24,810 bases of DNA from Candidatus Fraserbacteria bacterium (lineage in GTDB: Bacteria; Bipolaricaulota; Bipolaricaulia; RBG-16-55-9; JANLFV01): assembly GCA_037446135.1 (NCBI GenBank), contig JBBIJD010000019.1, positions 1-24,810 on the forward strand, given 5' to 3'. The position numbers were made by a program, and so were the translations under genes. Shown here piece after piece: positions 1 to 7,489 of this stretch. The notes below the pieces were generated by a model. The model was not told the origin of the DNA and searched no databases. It saw only the letters and a list, made by a program, of their open reading frames with translations. How positions within the stretch are numbered: the first letter of the stretch is position 1; every line of letters starts with the position of its first letter.

Positions 1-100
1 AGGTGCAAGTCAAGTGGAGTGGGAGCGAGATGAGCCGCTCCTTTCCTCCGGTCATACCGCGGAGGCAATAGCCAAGGGGGCATCATTCCTTTCCCGAACT

Positions 101-129
101 TTGACAGAGCGTGCTCGATCCAGTATAAG
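101..129 (+). promoter_or_regulatory. sigma70-type promoter for the NTase-like/TPM unit
   Basis: TTGACA (101-106), 17-bp spacer, TATAAG (124-129). An alternative -10, TAAGCT, lies at 126-131. It sits inside the 5' part of track ORF 14..886, which argues that the ORF's N-terminal extension is not real. Confidence 0.7.
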
Positions 130-133
130 CTTT

Positions 134-886
134 ATGGAGATGGGTGGACTCGATCCGCAGAGTGAGGGGCTCCTGAATAGCTTTACTCGAGAGGTAAGAG
201 ACCTCTATGGCGATGACCTGCTCGCAGTGATCCTATACGGGAGCGCTGTCGGGCCGGAATACATCCCCGGGGTCTCGGACCTCAACCTCTTGGTCCTCCT
301 CAAGGAGGTCGGACCGGCGCAACTGGCCAAAGGGTTCAAATATATAAGCCGATGGCGGAAGGCCCGGATCAATCCGCTCTTCCTCGATCCGGAGTATATC
401 AAGAGCTCGCTCGATTCCTTCCCCATCGAGTTCCTGGAGATGAAGGAGCGTCACCAGTTGCTATGGGGTGAGGAAGACCCCTTGGAGGGGCTAGAGGTCC
501 CTTGGGAGAACCTCCGGCTCCAGTGCGAGCAGGAGCTGAAAGGGAAGTGGCTCAAGCTCCGCCAGGCCTACCTCGAGGCCGCCGGGGAGGCCCGTGAGCT
601 CCGCCGGCTGTTGATCGCCTCCCTCAGCCCCTTCGCGGTGGTCCTCTCCACGCTCTTGCGCCTCAAGGGGTTTCCCGTCCCGCCGCGGGAGTTCCTCGAG
701 GTCCTGGCCCAGGTCGAGGCGGCCTTCGGCCTAGAGCTGGACGCCTTCCGGAGGGTCTATCAGCTCAAGCAAGGCTATATCAATCCCGGTCGGGGTGAGC
801 TGCTCAATCTCTTTGCCCAATACCTCGAGGAGGTCCGCCGGCTGGCCCAGGCCGCTGACCAGCTCTTCAAAGGGAAAGGGCAATAG
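134..886 (+). CDS. Nucleotidyltransferase-domain protein (Pol-beta/MNT fold) with C-terminal helical domain; type often found near LemA/TPM genes
   Basis: Motif LLAVILYGSAVGPEYIPGVSDLNLLVLL matches hGS-x-SDhD with the last D replaced by N. The C-terminal half is helical (LRLQCEQELKGKWLKLRQAYL). Start moved to ATG 134 (or ATG 140) because of the promoter at 101-129. Confidence 0.75.
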   Translation: MEMGGLDPQSEGLLNSFTREVRDLYGDDLLAVILYGSAVGPEYIPGVSDLNLLVLLKEVGPAQLAKGFKYISRWRKARINPLFLDPEYIKSSLDSFPIEFLEMKERHQLLWGEEDPLEGLEVPWENLRLQCEQELKGKWLKLRQAYLEAAGEARELRRLLIASLSPFAVVLSTLLRLKGFPVPPREFLEVLAQVEAAFGLELDAFRRVYQLKQGYINPGRGELLNLFAQYLEEVRRLAQAADQLFKGKGQ

Positions 887-1759
887 ATGGCTTGCCTTCT
901 CATAGGTCCGCAAGTTGATAAGCCCCGCTCCGGCGTGATCATCGTAGAGGCCGGACTCCTTCTCTCGCTGATCCTCCTCACCGTGTTCGCTCCTCCATTC
1001 TCGATCATAGCCCAGGCCCAAGAGATCACCATCCCCCAGCCCATAGACTACATCTCCGACTATGCCGGGGTGATCGACGAGGCTACTGAGGCCTACTTGA
1101 ACGGCCTCTTGCGGGAGTTGGAGGAGAAGACGACCGCCCAGATCGCGGTCCTGACCGTCAAGACGACCAAGCCCCTAGATATCTTCTCCTATGGGATGGA
1201 GGTCTTCGACCGCTGGGGAATTGGGAAGAAGGGGCAGGATAATGGGCTCCTCTTCCTCGCGGCGATCGGCGATCGTGCGCTCCATATCTTCACCGGCTAT
1301 GGGTTGGAGGGGCTTCTCCCAGACGGGAAGGTCGGAGAGATCCGGGATCAGGAGATCCTCCCTCGCTTCAAGGTGGAGGACTACGCCGGTGGGGTGAGAA
1401 AGGGGGTCGAGGCCTTCGCGCGGATCATCGCCCAGGACGCGGGGGTCGAGCTGGTCGGGCTAGCTCCAAGCGCGGAAGCGGAAGGAGCGCCCGCCCCGCA
1501 GGGCGATCTCCGGACCGCCCTGATCGTCATCGTTATCCTCATCTTCCTCTTCTTCTGGCTCATCTCCCGCGCCCGCCGGAGGAGGGGCCTCCTCCAGCCC
1601 CGCCCTGTGGGCTTCCCTTGGATCTTCTGGAGCGGTGGGCCGCCGGGTGGTAAAGGCAGCTCGAGCTTCGGTGGGTTCGGCGGGGGCTTCAGCCGGGGCG
1701 GCTTCGGTGGGTTCGGCGGGGGGCGGAGCGGGGGCGGTGGGGCCGGAGGCCGCTGGTAG
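887..1759 (+). CDS. TPM-domain (YgcG/UPF0603-like) membrane protein with Gly-rich C-terminal tail
   Basis: N-terminal hydrophobic/signal segment; TPM motifs YISDYAGVI, AQIAVLTV, WGIGKKGQDNGLLFL and GYGLEGLLPD; TM helix ALIVIVILIFLFFWLI; tail GGFGGFGGGRSGGGGAGGRW. The ATG directly abuts the upstream TAG. GTG 935 is an alternative start. Confidence 0.9.
   Translation: MACLLIGPQVDKPRSGVIIVEAGLLLSLILLTVFAPPFSIIAQAQEITIPQPIDYISDYAGVIDEATEAYLNGLLRELEEKTTAQIAVLTVKTTKPLDIFSYGMEVFDRWGIGKKGQDNGLLFLAAIGDRALHIFTGYGLEGLLPDGKVGEIRDQEILPRFKVEDYAGGVRKGVEAFARIIAQDAGVELVGLAPSAEAEGAPAPQGDLRTALIVIVILIFLFFWLISRARRRRGLLQPRPVGFPWIFWSGGPPGGKGSSSFGGFGGGFSRGGFGGFGGGRSGGGGAGGRW
1665..1722 (+). repeat. 22-bp perfect direct repeat in the Gly/Phe-rich tail of the TPM gene
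   Basis: GCTTCGGTGGGTTCGGCGGGGG at 1665-1686 and 1701-1722; each copy encodes FGGFGGG. Confidence 0.85.
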
Positions 1760-1788
1760 CTAGCCCACCCAGTAAGGCGGGGGCCGAG

Positions 1789-1818
1789 CTGTCAAAAAAG
1801 GCGGGCGAGGTGTATCAT
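1789..1818 (+). promoter_or_regulatory. Putative sigma70 promoter for the MoxR/vWA operon
   Basis: CTGTCA (1789-1794), 18-bp spacer, TATCAT (1813-1818), in the only sizeable intergenic gap (1760-1822) before the operon. Confidence 0.45.
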
Positions 1819-1822
1819 TGGG

Positions 1823-3571
1823 ATGATCGTCATGAGACCATTGGGGTTGGCGATACTACTCCTCGCCTCGCTGGCGTTCGAGCTCTACGGCCAAGTAGGG
1901 GTGGAGGTGGAGGTCGAGTTCGGGTTTGCCGGGCAATATCTTCCAGACTGGCCCGCGCCTATCTGGGTCTCCATCGAGGGCCGCTCGCCCCTCCAAGGCC
2001 GGATCATCATCAGCCAGGAGGTCCGCAGCCCCTGGAGAGGGGTCGTTGAGGAGAGGCTGGTCCTCCCCTTTGTCCTCCCGGGGAAAGGGAAGAAGCGGTT
2101 CGAGCTCGAGTTCCTCGTCCGGGGCTACATCTATCCCCTCCAGCTCGCCGTCGTCGCCGATCCTACTGGCGAGACCATCTTCCGCCGCGAGATCGCCTTG
2201 AAGGAGCGGGCAGCGGAGGAGCCCCTCACTCTGGCCTTGGTGGGCCGGGGCGAGCCCTTCCCCATGCCCATGGAGCTCCCGACCGGGGAGAGGCCGATCC
2301 GGCTCGAGCCGGAGGGCTTTCCCTCTTCCTGGGCCGGGCTCCTCGGGGCGGGGAGGATCTATCTCGGGCGCCTCTATCCTGAGGAGCTCTCGCCCGCGCA
2401 GTGGGCGGCCCTCATCCGCTGGATCGAATGGGGCGGCGAGCTGGTCGTCCTCGGTGGGGAAAACTGGTATCTCCTGGATTCTCCACGCTTGCGAGAGCTC
2501 ATCCCCTTCAACCCTACGGGGATCGGCGAGGCCGCCGGCCGAAAGGTCGTCCTCGGCGAGCCCCGCGGGGAGGTCCTCTCCCGCCAAGGAGAGATCATGC
2601 TGGTCGCCGGGCCGCGGGGGCGGGGGAGGGGCCTCTTCGCGACGGTCAACCTCCTAGCCAACCCGGGTGAAGGAGGGGTTTGGGAGAGCTTAGGACGAGA
2701 GCTGTTGCAGAGGGCTGGGGAGGAGGAGCAGCTCCGGCTCGGCGCGGAGCTCCTGGAGCAGACCTCGCTTCCTTTCCCCTCGAAGCCGGTCCTCATCGGG
2801 CTCTACGCGCTCTTCGTGGGGGGATTAGCCCTCTCGAGCTGGCTGGCCGCGCGGCGGAAAAGAGCCCGCCCCCTCCCCCTCCTCTGGGTCGCTGGGATAG
2901 CGGCTTTCACCGTCGGGTATCTCGACCGGCCGGAGTTCGCTAGGCCGCTCTTCGGGCTGGAATCGGGCCTGAGCCACGACCTGGGGGAGACGACCCTTCA
3001 CTCCTCCTGGCTCGGCCTCTTCGCCAAGGCCGGGAGGAGGCTGGAGCTCCGGGTCGTCAGGCAGGGGGAAGACGACGAGGGCTACCTCCGCCAGGCCCTC
3101 CCCGAGGAGCGTGGTGAGCGCCTCTACGATGTCACCTATCTTCCGGGCCGGGGAGGGACAATGAGCGCCTCTTTCAGCCTAGCGGACTGGCAGGAGCGCT
3201 CCTTCTTCCTCGAGCGGTTCTCAGGGGACCTTGCCCGGCTCCGCCTCGGTGGGGAGGGACGGGTCTGGGCCGAGAACAAAAGCCCTTATCCCCTTCGGGA
3301 CTGCCGGCTCCTCTCTGACGAGGGGAGGCTCTACGAGCTTGAGCCGGGACCGGCTGAGCTCGGGCCGGGCGAGGCGGTCGAATGGGGATTAGGTCCGGAG
3401 ATCGAGCCGCCAAAGGAGGGGCCGGTCGCTCGCATTTATAAGCTCGCCCGGACGGAACTCCGCGGCCCGCATGGGCTCCTCTGCGCCTGGGCGGCCCCGG
3501 GGGAGTTCTCCCAGACCCCATTGGAGGTGCGGACCATCCTGAGGCTGGCCCTGATCGAGGAGGATCAATGA
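1823..3571 (+). CDS. Membrane-anchored protein with signal peptide and class I glutamine-amidotransferase-like fold; MoxR-cluster associated hypothetical
   Basis: Signal-like N-terminus; GATase-like signature LSPAQWAALIRWIEWGGELVVLGG ... GRGRGLF; two central TM helices (VLIGLYALFVGGLALSSWL, LPLLWVAGIAAFTVGYL). ATG 1832 is an alternative start. Confidence 0.7.
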   Translation: MIVMRPLGLAILLLASLAFELYGQVGVEVEVEFGFAGQYLPDWPAPIWVSIEGRSPLQGRIIISQEVRSPWRGVVEERLVLPFVLPGKGKKRFELEFLVRGYIYPLQLAVVADPTGETIFRREIALKERAAEEPLTLALVGRGEPFPMPMELPTGERPIRLEPEGFPSSWAGLLGAGRIYLGRLYPEELSPAQWAALIRWIEWGGELVVLGGENWYLLDSPRLRELIPFNPTGIGEAAGRKVVLGEPRGEVLSRQGEIMLVAGPRGRGRGLFATVNLLANPGEGGVWESLGRELLQRAGEEEQLRLGAELLEQTSLPFPSKPVLIGLYALFVGGLALSSWLAARRKRARPLPLLWVAGIAAFTVGYLDRPEFARPLFGLESGLSHDLGETTLHSSWLGLFAKAGRRLELRVVRQGEDDEGYLRQALPEERGERLYDVTYLPGRGGTMSASFSLADWQERSFFLERFSGDLARLRLGGEGRVWAENKSPYPLRDCRLLSDEGRLYELEPGPAELGPGEAVEWGLGPEIEPPKEGPVARIYKLARTELRGPHGLLCAWAAPGEFSQTPLEVRTILRLALIEEDQ

Positions 3572-4278
3572 TGAGGCTCGACATCGAGCAGTTACGGTTA
3601 CCTCCACGACAGAAGCCCCCGGATTCGGTCCTATTCAACCGGTCCGATTGGGCCCTCTACCCCGGCCTAGCAGCCTTCGTCGGGGCGATCACCATCTTGG
3701 TCCTCCCCCAGCCGCGCCGGATCGGAGAGCTAATCGGCGCGAGCTTCGCCCCCTCCCCATTCTTCGCCGGGGCCCTGCTCGCTGCCTTCGGGGTCTTCGC
3801 CTTGACGGTCGGCCAGAGGGGAGAAAGATGGCAGAGCCGCCTCCAAGCCGATCTTTGGCTCTGGCGGTATCTCGCCAGGCTCGCCCTCCAGCTCGCCTTC
3901 GGCCTATTCGTCCTGGCCCCATTCTTCCTGATCTTCAAGCTCATCACCCACCTCTCGCCTTTCGCGACCATCTTGAGCGGGACCTACCTCTTCAGTTATG
4001 GCCTGGTCCTGGGGATCGGAGGCCTCCTCTTGGGGATCATTCCTTCCGAGTCGCTCCAATTCCAGCTCAAGTATCTGGGCCTGCTCGCCTACCTCGGCGG
4101 GACCCTCCTTGAGCCGGCGGTGAGCCCGTTCTTCAACCTGAAGCTACTGCTAGAAGGAGGCGCCTATCCTGTAGAATCTATTGGCGGGCCATTGCTGCTG
4201 GCGGCCCTTGGAGGGGCCTTGCTCCTATTGGCCCGAAGGAGGCTCGGATTGTGGAGGGGTTCAAAAAGCTTGTCTTAA
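3568..4278 (+). CDS. Polytopic membrane protein (about 6 TM), ABC-2 permease-like
   Basis: ATGA overlap with the upstream gene and SD GAGGAGG; about 6 hydrophobic segments; SPF motif near the C-terminus. The permease assignment is inferred from topology and context only. Confidence 0.6.
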   Translation: MMRLDIEQLRLPPRQKPPDSVLFNRSDWALYPGLAAFVGAITILVLPQPRRIGELIGASFAPSPFFAGALLAAFGVFALTVGQRGERWQSRLQADLWLWRYLARLALQLAFGLFVLAPFFLIFKLITHLSPFATILSGTYLFSYGLVLGIGGLLLGIIPSESLQFQLKYLGLLAYLGGTLLEPAVSPFFNLKLLLEGGAYPVESIGGPLLLAALGGALLLLARRRLGLWRGSKSLS

Positions 4279-5633
4279 GGCTGGAGCGACGCGCAAGGCT
4301 CGTCCGAGGGCTCGAGTGGGCCCGGCTCCCACTCAGCCTCGCCTTGGGCCTCATCCTCAGCTACCAACTCCTGCGGCTCCTCGGGCTGGCCGGGTGGCTC
4401 CAAGCCCGGGCCTCTTCTTGGTGGCTCGCCTTCGCTGCCTTCGCCTCGGCTGCGGCCGCCGCGCTCGGGGGCTTCCTCTGGGGCTACCTCAGACAGGTCG
4501 AGCTGGCCGGCCTCCTCTTTAAGGTCGACCGCCGGCTCGGCCTCCACGAGCGGCTCTCCTCGCTCTACGAGCTCTCTTGTGGCCACGGGCGGGCCGAATT
4601 CACCCCCCTCCTCCTCGCCCGGCTCCCCTCGCCGTCGAGGCTCGAGCCGGCCCTCGCCCTCCCGCTCAGGAAGCGGGGCTGGCTCCTCCCGGCCGGGCTC
4701 CTCTTAGCCATCCTCCTCCTCGGCTGGGGCTGGCCCCATCTGCCCATCTCCTCGCTCTTCCCCCCGACCAGGGAGGAAGAAGCGGGGGCCCCAGGCCGGC
4801 TCGAGGCCCTCGAGGAGGAGTTGCGCGAGCTCGAGGCGGAGCTGGGGCTAGGGGCGCGCGCCCGCCCTTGGTCAGCCTCCAGGGGCTCGCTCCTCCAGGA
4901 GAGGCTGGCAGCCTTAGAAGAGGAGCTCTGGGGGCCCTCCGTCGAGCCGGCCCTTCAGGGCGAGCTCGCGGCCCAATTGACCCACCAGGCCCTCCCGTCC
5001 GAAAACGAGGCCGAGGCCTCGTGGCGCGCCACGCTGGAAGAGCTCGAGCGGCTCGCGAGCCGCCTTCAAGGAGGGGCCCTGAAGGAGCTGCTCGAGCGCC
5101 TTGGGGAGGCCCAGGAGGGGGCAGGCCGAGCCGGAGCGGAGGTCCTGCGGCGTGATCTTGCCTCGGCAGAGGCCCTCATCGAGCGGCTGGCGGAGGCCAA
5201 GAGGAGACTGGAAGGGCCGGGCCAGCTCGGCCCCACCCCGGGAAGGCCGCCTGGAGGGGAAGAGGAAGGGCCGGGCTTGCCTCCCCCTGGGACGGGCGGG
5301 AGTGAAGACGAAGAACGGCCCCCTTCTGAGGAGGGTTCCCCTGGAGGAGAGGAGGCTGGGACGACGCCTGGAGAGTGGCCGACCTGGGAGTCTTTTCCTC
5401 TAAGCTGGCCCGCCGCGACGCGGGAATTGCACCTCTCTGGAAAGCTAGGTGAGATGGGGGAGATCGAGCGGCTGATCACGCGGGGGACCCCATTCGAGCT
5501 GAGCGGCCCCGAAGGCGAGCCCCATCTCCGACTGGACTTCCAGAAGGTCAAAGCCAGCCTCGAAGCCCGGAAGATCCCTCCCGAGGCCCGAGGGGTGGTC
5601 CAGCAGTACTTCCTCATCATTACGGAGGAATGA
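4251..5633 (+). CDS. Membrane-anchored coiled-coil protein with Gly/Pro/Glu-rich linker (MoxR-cluster associated)
   Basis: GTG start after GAAGGAGG; three N-terminal TM segments with a VDRRLGLHERLSSLYE motif; long Glu/Leu heptad region; low-complexity linker; C-terminal IPPEARGVVQQYF motif of the kind seen in genes preceding MoxR ATPases. Confidence 0.7.
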   Translation: MEGFKKLVLRLERRARLVRGLEWARLPLSLALGLILSYQLLRLLGLAGWLQARASSWWLAFAAFASAAAAALGGFLWGYLRQVELAGLLFKVDRRLGLHERLSSLYELSCGHGRAEFTPLLLARLPSPSRLEPALALPLRKRGWLLPAGLLLAILLLGWGWPHLPISSLFPPTREEEAGAPGRLEALEEELRELEAELGLGARARPWSASRGSLLQERLAALEEELWGPSVEPALQGELAAQLTHQALPSENEAEASWRATLEELERLASRLQGGALKELLERLGEAQEGAGRAGAEVLRRDLASAEALIERLAEAKRRLEGPGQLGPTPGRPPGGEEEGPGLPPPGTGGSEDEERPPSEEGSPGGEEAGTTPGEWPTWESFPLSWPAATRELHLSGKLGEMGEIERLITRGTPFELSGPEGEPHLRLDFQKVKASLEARKIPPEARGVVQQYFLIITEE

Positions 5634-6625
5634 TGATTACAGAACAGGCCCTTCGGGCGGCCCAGGAGAAGTTCGAGGAGCTAAGGGGCGAGCTCGGGCA
5701 GGTGATCGTCGGCCACCATGAGGTCATCGAGCAAGTCCTCATCTGCCTCCTCTGCCAGGGCCATGTCTTGCTTGAGGGAGTCCCTGGGCTGGGGAAGACC
5801 CTCCTGGTCCGGACCCTCGCGCGGGCCTTAGGGCTGAAGTTCTCGAGGATCCAGTTCACCCCGGACCTCATGCCGGCCGACATCACTGGGACACTCCTCT
5901 TAGTGGAGGATGAGGCGGGGAGGCGGCAGTTCGAATTCTCACCCGGCCCGATCTTCGCCCACCTCGTCCTGGCCGATGAGATCAACCGGGCCACGCCGAA
6001 GACCCAGTCCGCGCTCCTAGAGGCGATGCAGGAGCGGTCCGTCACCGTGGGGAACGAGACCTATCTCCTCGAGGAGCCTTTTATTGTCCTGGCCACGGAG
6101 AACCCGATCGAGATGGAAGGGACCTATCCCCTCCCCGAGGCCCAGGTCGACCGATTCTTCTTCAAGGTCAAGTTGACCGATCCCAACCTTGAAGAATTAG
6201 AGGAGATCATCATCCGGAATACCGCCCAGTCCGCTTATATCCCGCGACAGGTCCTCTCCAGGGAGGAGGTCCTCCAGGCGAGGGAGATCGTGGCCGCCTT
6301 CCCCGTCCCGGCCCGGCTCTATCGCTATGCCAGTGCCCTGGTCCACGCCACTCATCCCTCTTCTGAGCTCGCCCCTCAGGCGGTCCGGGAGTATGTGGAG
6401 TATGGTGCGAGCCCCCGGGGCGGACTGAGCCTCATCTCCGGGGCGAAGGCCCATGCCTTCCTCGCAGGCGAGGTGAATGTCCGGCTCGAGGACCTCCAGG
6501 CCGTCTTCTACCCGAGCCTCAATCACCGGATCATCCTCAACTTCAAGGGCGAAGCGGCCGGGCTCACCCCGGAGGAGCTCCTGGCGGAGGTCTGGAAGAA
6601 GGTCGATATAAATGCTCTTGGATGA
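5630..6625 (+). CDS. moxR: MoxR-family AAA+ ATPase
   Basis: Walker A GHVLLEGVPGLGKT, RIQFTPDLMPADITG, Walker B VLADEINRATPKTQSALLEAMQE, ATENPIEMEGTYPLPEAQVDRF, GASPRG; ATGA coupling. Confidence 0.96.
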   Translation: MMITEQALRAAQEKFEELRGELGQVIVGHHEVIEQVLICLLCQGHVLLEGVPGLGKTLLVRTLARALGLKFSRIQFTPDLMPADITGTLLLVEDEAGRRQFEFSPGPIFAHLVLADEINRATPKTQSALLEAMQERSVTVGNETYLLEEPFIVLATENPIEMEGTYPLPEAQVDRFFFKVKLTDPNLEELEEIIIRNTAQSAYIPRQVLSREEVLQAREIVAAFPVPARLYRYASALVHATHPSSELAPQAVREYVEYGASPRGGLSLISGAKAHAFLAGEVNVRLEDLQAVFYPSLNHRIILNFKGEAAGLTPEELLAEVWKKVDINALG

Positions 6626-7484
6626 GAGGTTCTTGCGAAGGTTGGAGCGGCTCCACTTGGCCCTGAAAGTTGAGCTCCGGGCGAGAGGCCGGCCCGGGGG
6701 GATCCATCGCTCCCCCAAGGCGGGGATGAGCCTGGAGTTTGCCGATTACAAGAGATATAGCCCCGGGGATGACTTCCGCTATGTCGATTGGAAGGTCTAC
6801 GGCCGCCTGGACAAGCTCTTGATTAAGGTCTTCACCCGGGAGGAGGAGATCCCGATCTACCTCCTCTTGGACAAGAGCGGCTCGATGGAGGTGGGGGGGA
6901 AATTCACCTACGGCCTAAGGCTGGCCGCAGCGCTCGGCTACATCGGACTGAAGGAGCTGGACCGTGTCGGGGCCTACCCTTTCTCCGGTGAGATCGAGGG
7001 TGGCCTCCCGCCCCGCTGTGGGCCGCAGCAGATCTTCCGCCTCTTCCGCTACCTCGAGGGGCTCCGGCCGGGCGGTCAGACCGACCTGAACGGGGCCTTA
7101 GAGGGGTTTGTGGCCCAGCGCCATCAGGCCGGACTAGCGATCTTGATCAGCGATATGTTCGCTCCTGGAGGGTATGAGCGGGGCTTGGCCCATCTCCTCT
7201 ACCGGAACTTCAGGATCGTCCTCCTCCAGCCGCTGGCCAGTGAGGACCTCGACCCACCGATGGCGGGCGCTCTCCGGCTCGTCGATGCCGAGACGGGGAA
7301 GGGGCTCGAGCTGGAGCTCTCGAGGCGGGCGATCGGGCTCTATCAACAGCGATTGCGGGCCTATCTGGAGAGACTCGAGTCATTCTGTCTGGCCAATAAG
7401 ATCGACTACCTCCGCCTACCGGTCACCACACCCTTAGAGAGGGTGATCTTCGAGCTGCTCAGCGCGCGGGAGGTGGTCCGCTGA
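6612..7484 (+). CDS. DUF58 domain protein (vWA-like MoxR partner)
   Basis: G-H-S-x-x-x-G-x-S-L-EFADYKRYSPGDDFRYVDWKVYGRLDKL signature; MIDAS-like LLLDKSGSM; GQTDL; ISD. Confidence 0.93.
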   Translation: MLLDERFLRRLERLHLALKVELRARGRPGGIHRSPKAGMSLEFADYKRYSPGDDFRYVDWKVYGRLDKLLIKVFTREEEIPIYLLLDKSGSMEVGGKFTYGLRLAAALGYIGLKELDRVGAYPFSGEIEGGLPPRCGPQQIFRLFRYLEGLRPGGQTDLNGALEGFVAQRHQAGLAILISDMFAPGGYERGLAHLLYRNFRIVLLQPLASEDLDPPMAGALRLVDAETGKGLELELSRRAIGLYQQRLRAYLERLESFCLANKIDYLRLPVTTPLERVIFELLSAREVVR

Positions 7485-7489
7485 CTGAG

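Noticed and set aside
1..100. Possible edge features: minus-strand ATG at 55, minus-strand TTGACT near the edge, weak hairpin GGAGCG/CGCTCC (22-41), possible end of an upstream + strand gene
   Set aside because: Too little sequence and no recognisable motif. The alternatives cannot be distinguished without flanking DNA.
14..133. N-terminal 40-aa extension of the first ORF (GTG 14)
   Set aside because: It contains a near-consensus promoter (101-129), and the recognisable NTase domain begins after ATG 134/140.
134..1759. MNT-HEPN toxin-antitoxin or CBASS-like defence system
   Set aside because: There is no HEPN R-x4-6-H partner, no CD-NTase-like architecture or effector genes, and the metal motif is degenerate.
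1767..1795. Minus-strand perfect TTGACA (1795-1790) suggesting an antisense promoter into the TPM gene
   Set aside because: There is no TANNNT hexamer at 16-18 bp spacing on that strand.
6690..6900. G homopolymer runs in the DUF58 gene (and a C run near 24180 in nuoB) as phase-variation tracts
   Set aside because: They are only 6-7 nt long, the frames are intact, and such runs are unremarkable at this GC content.
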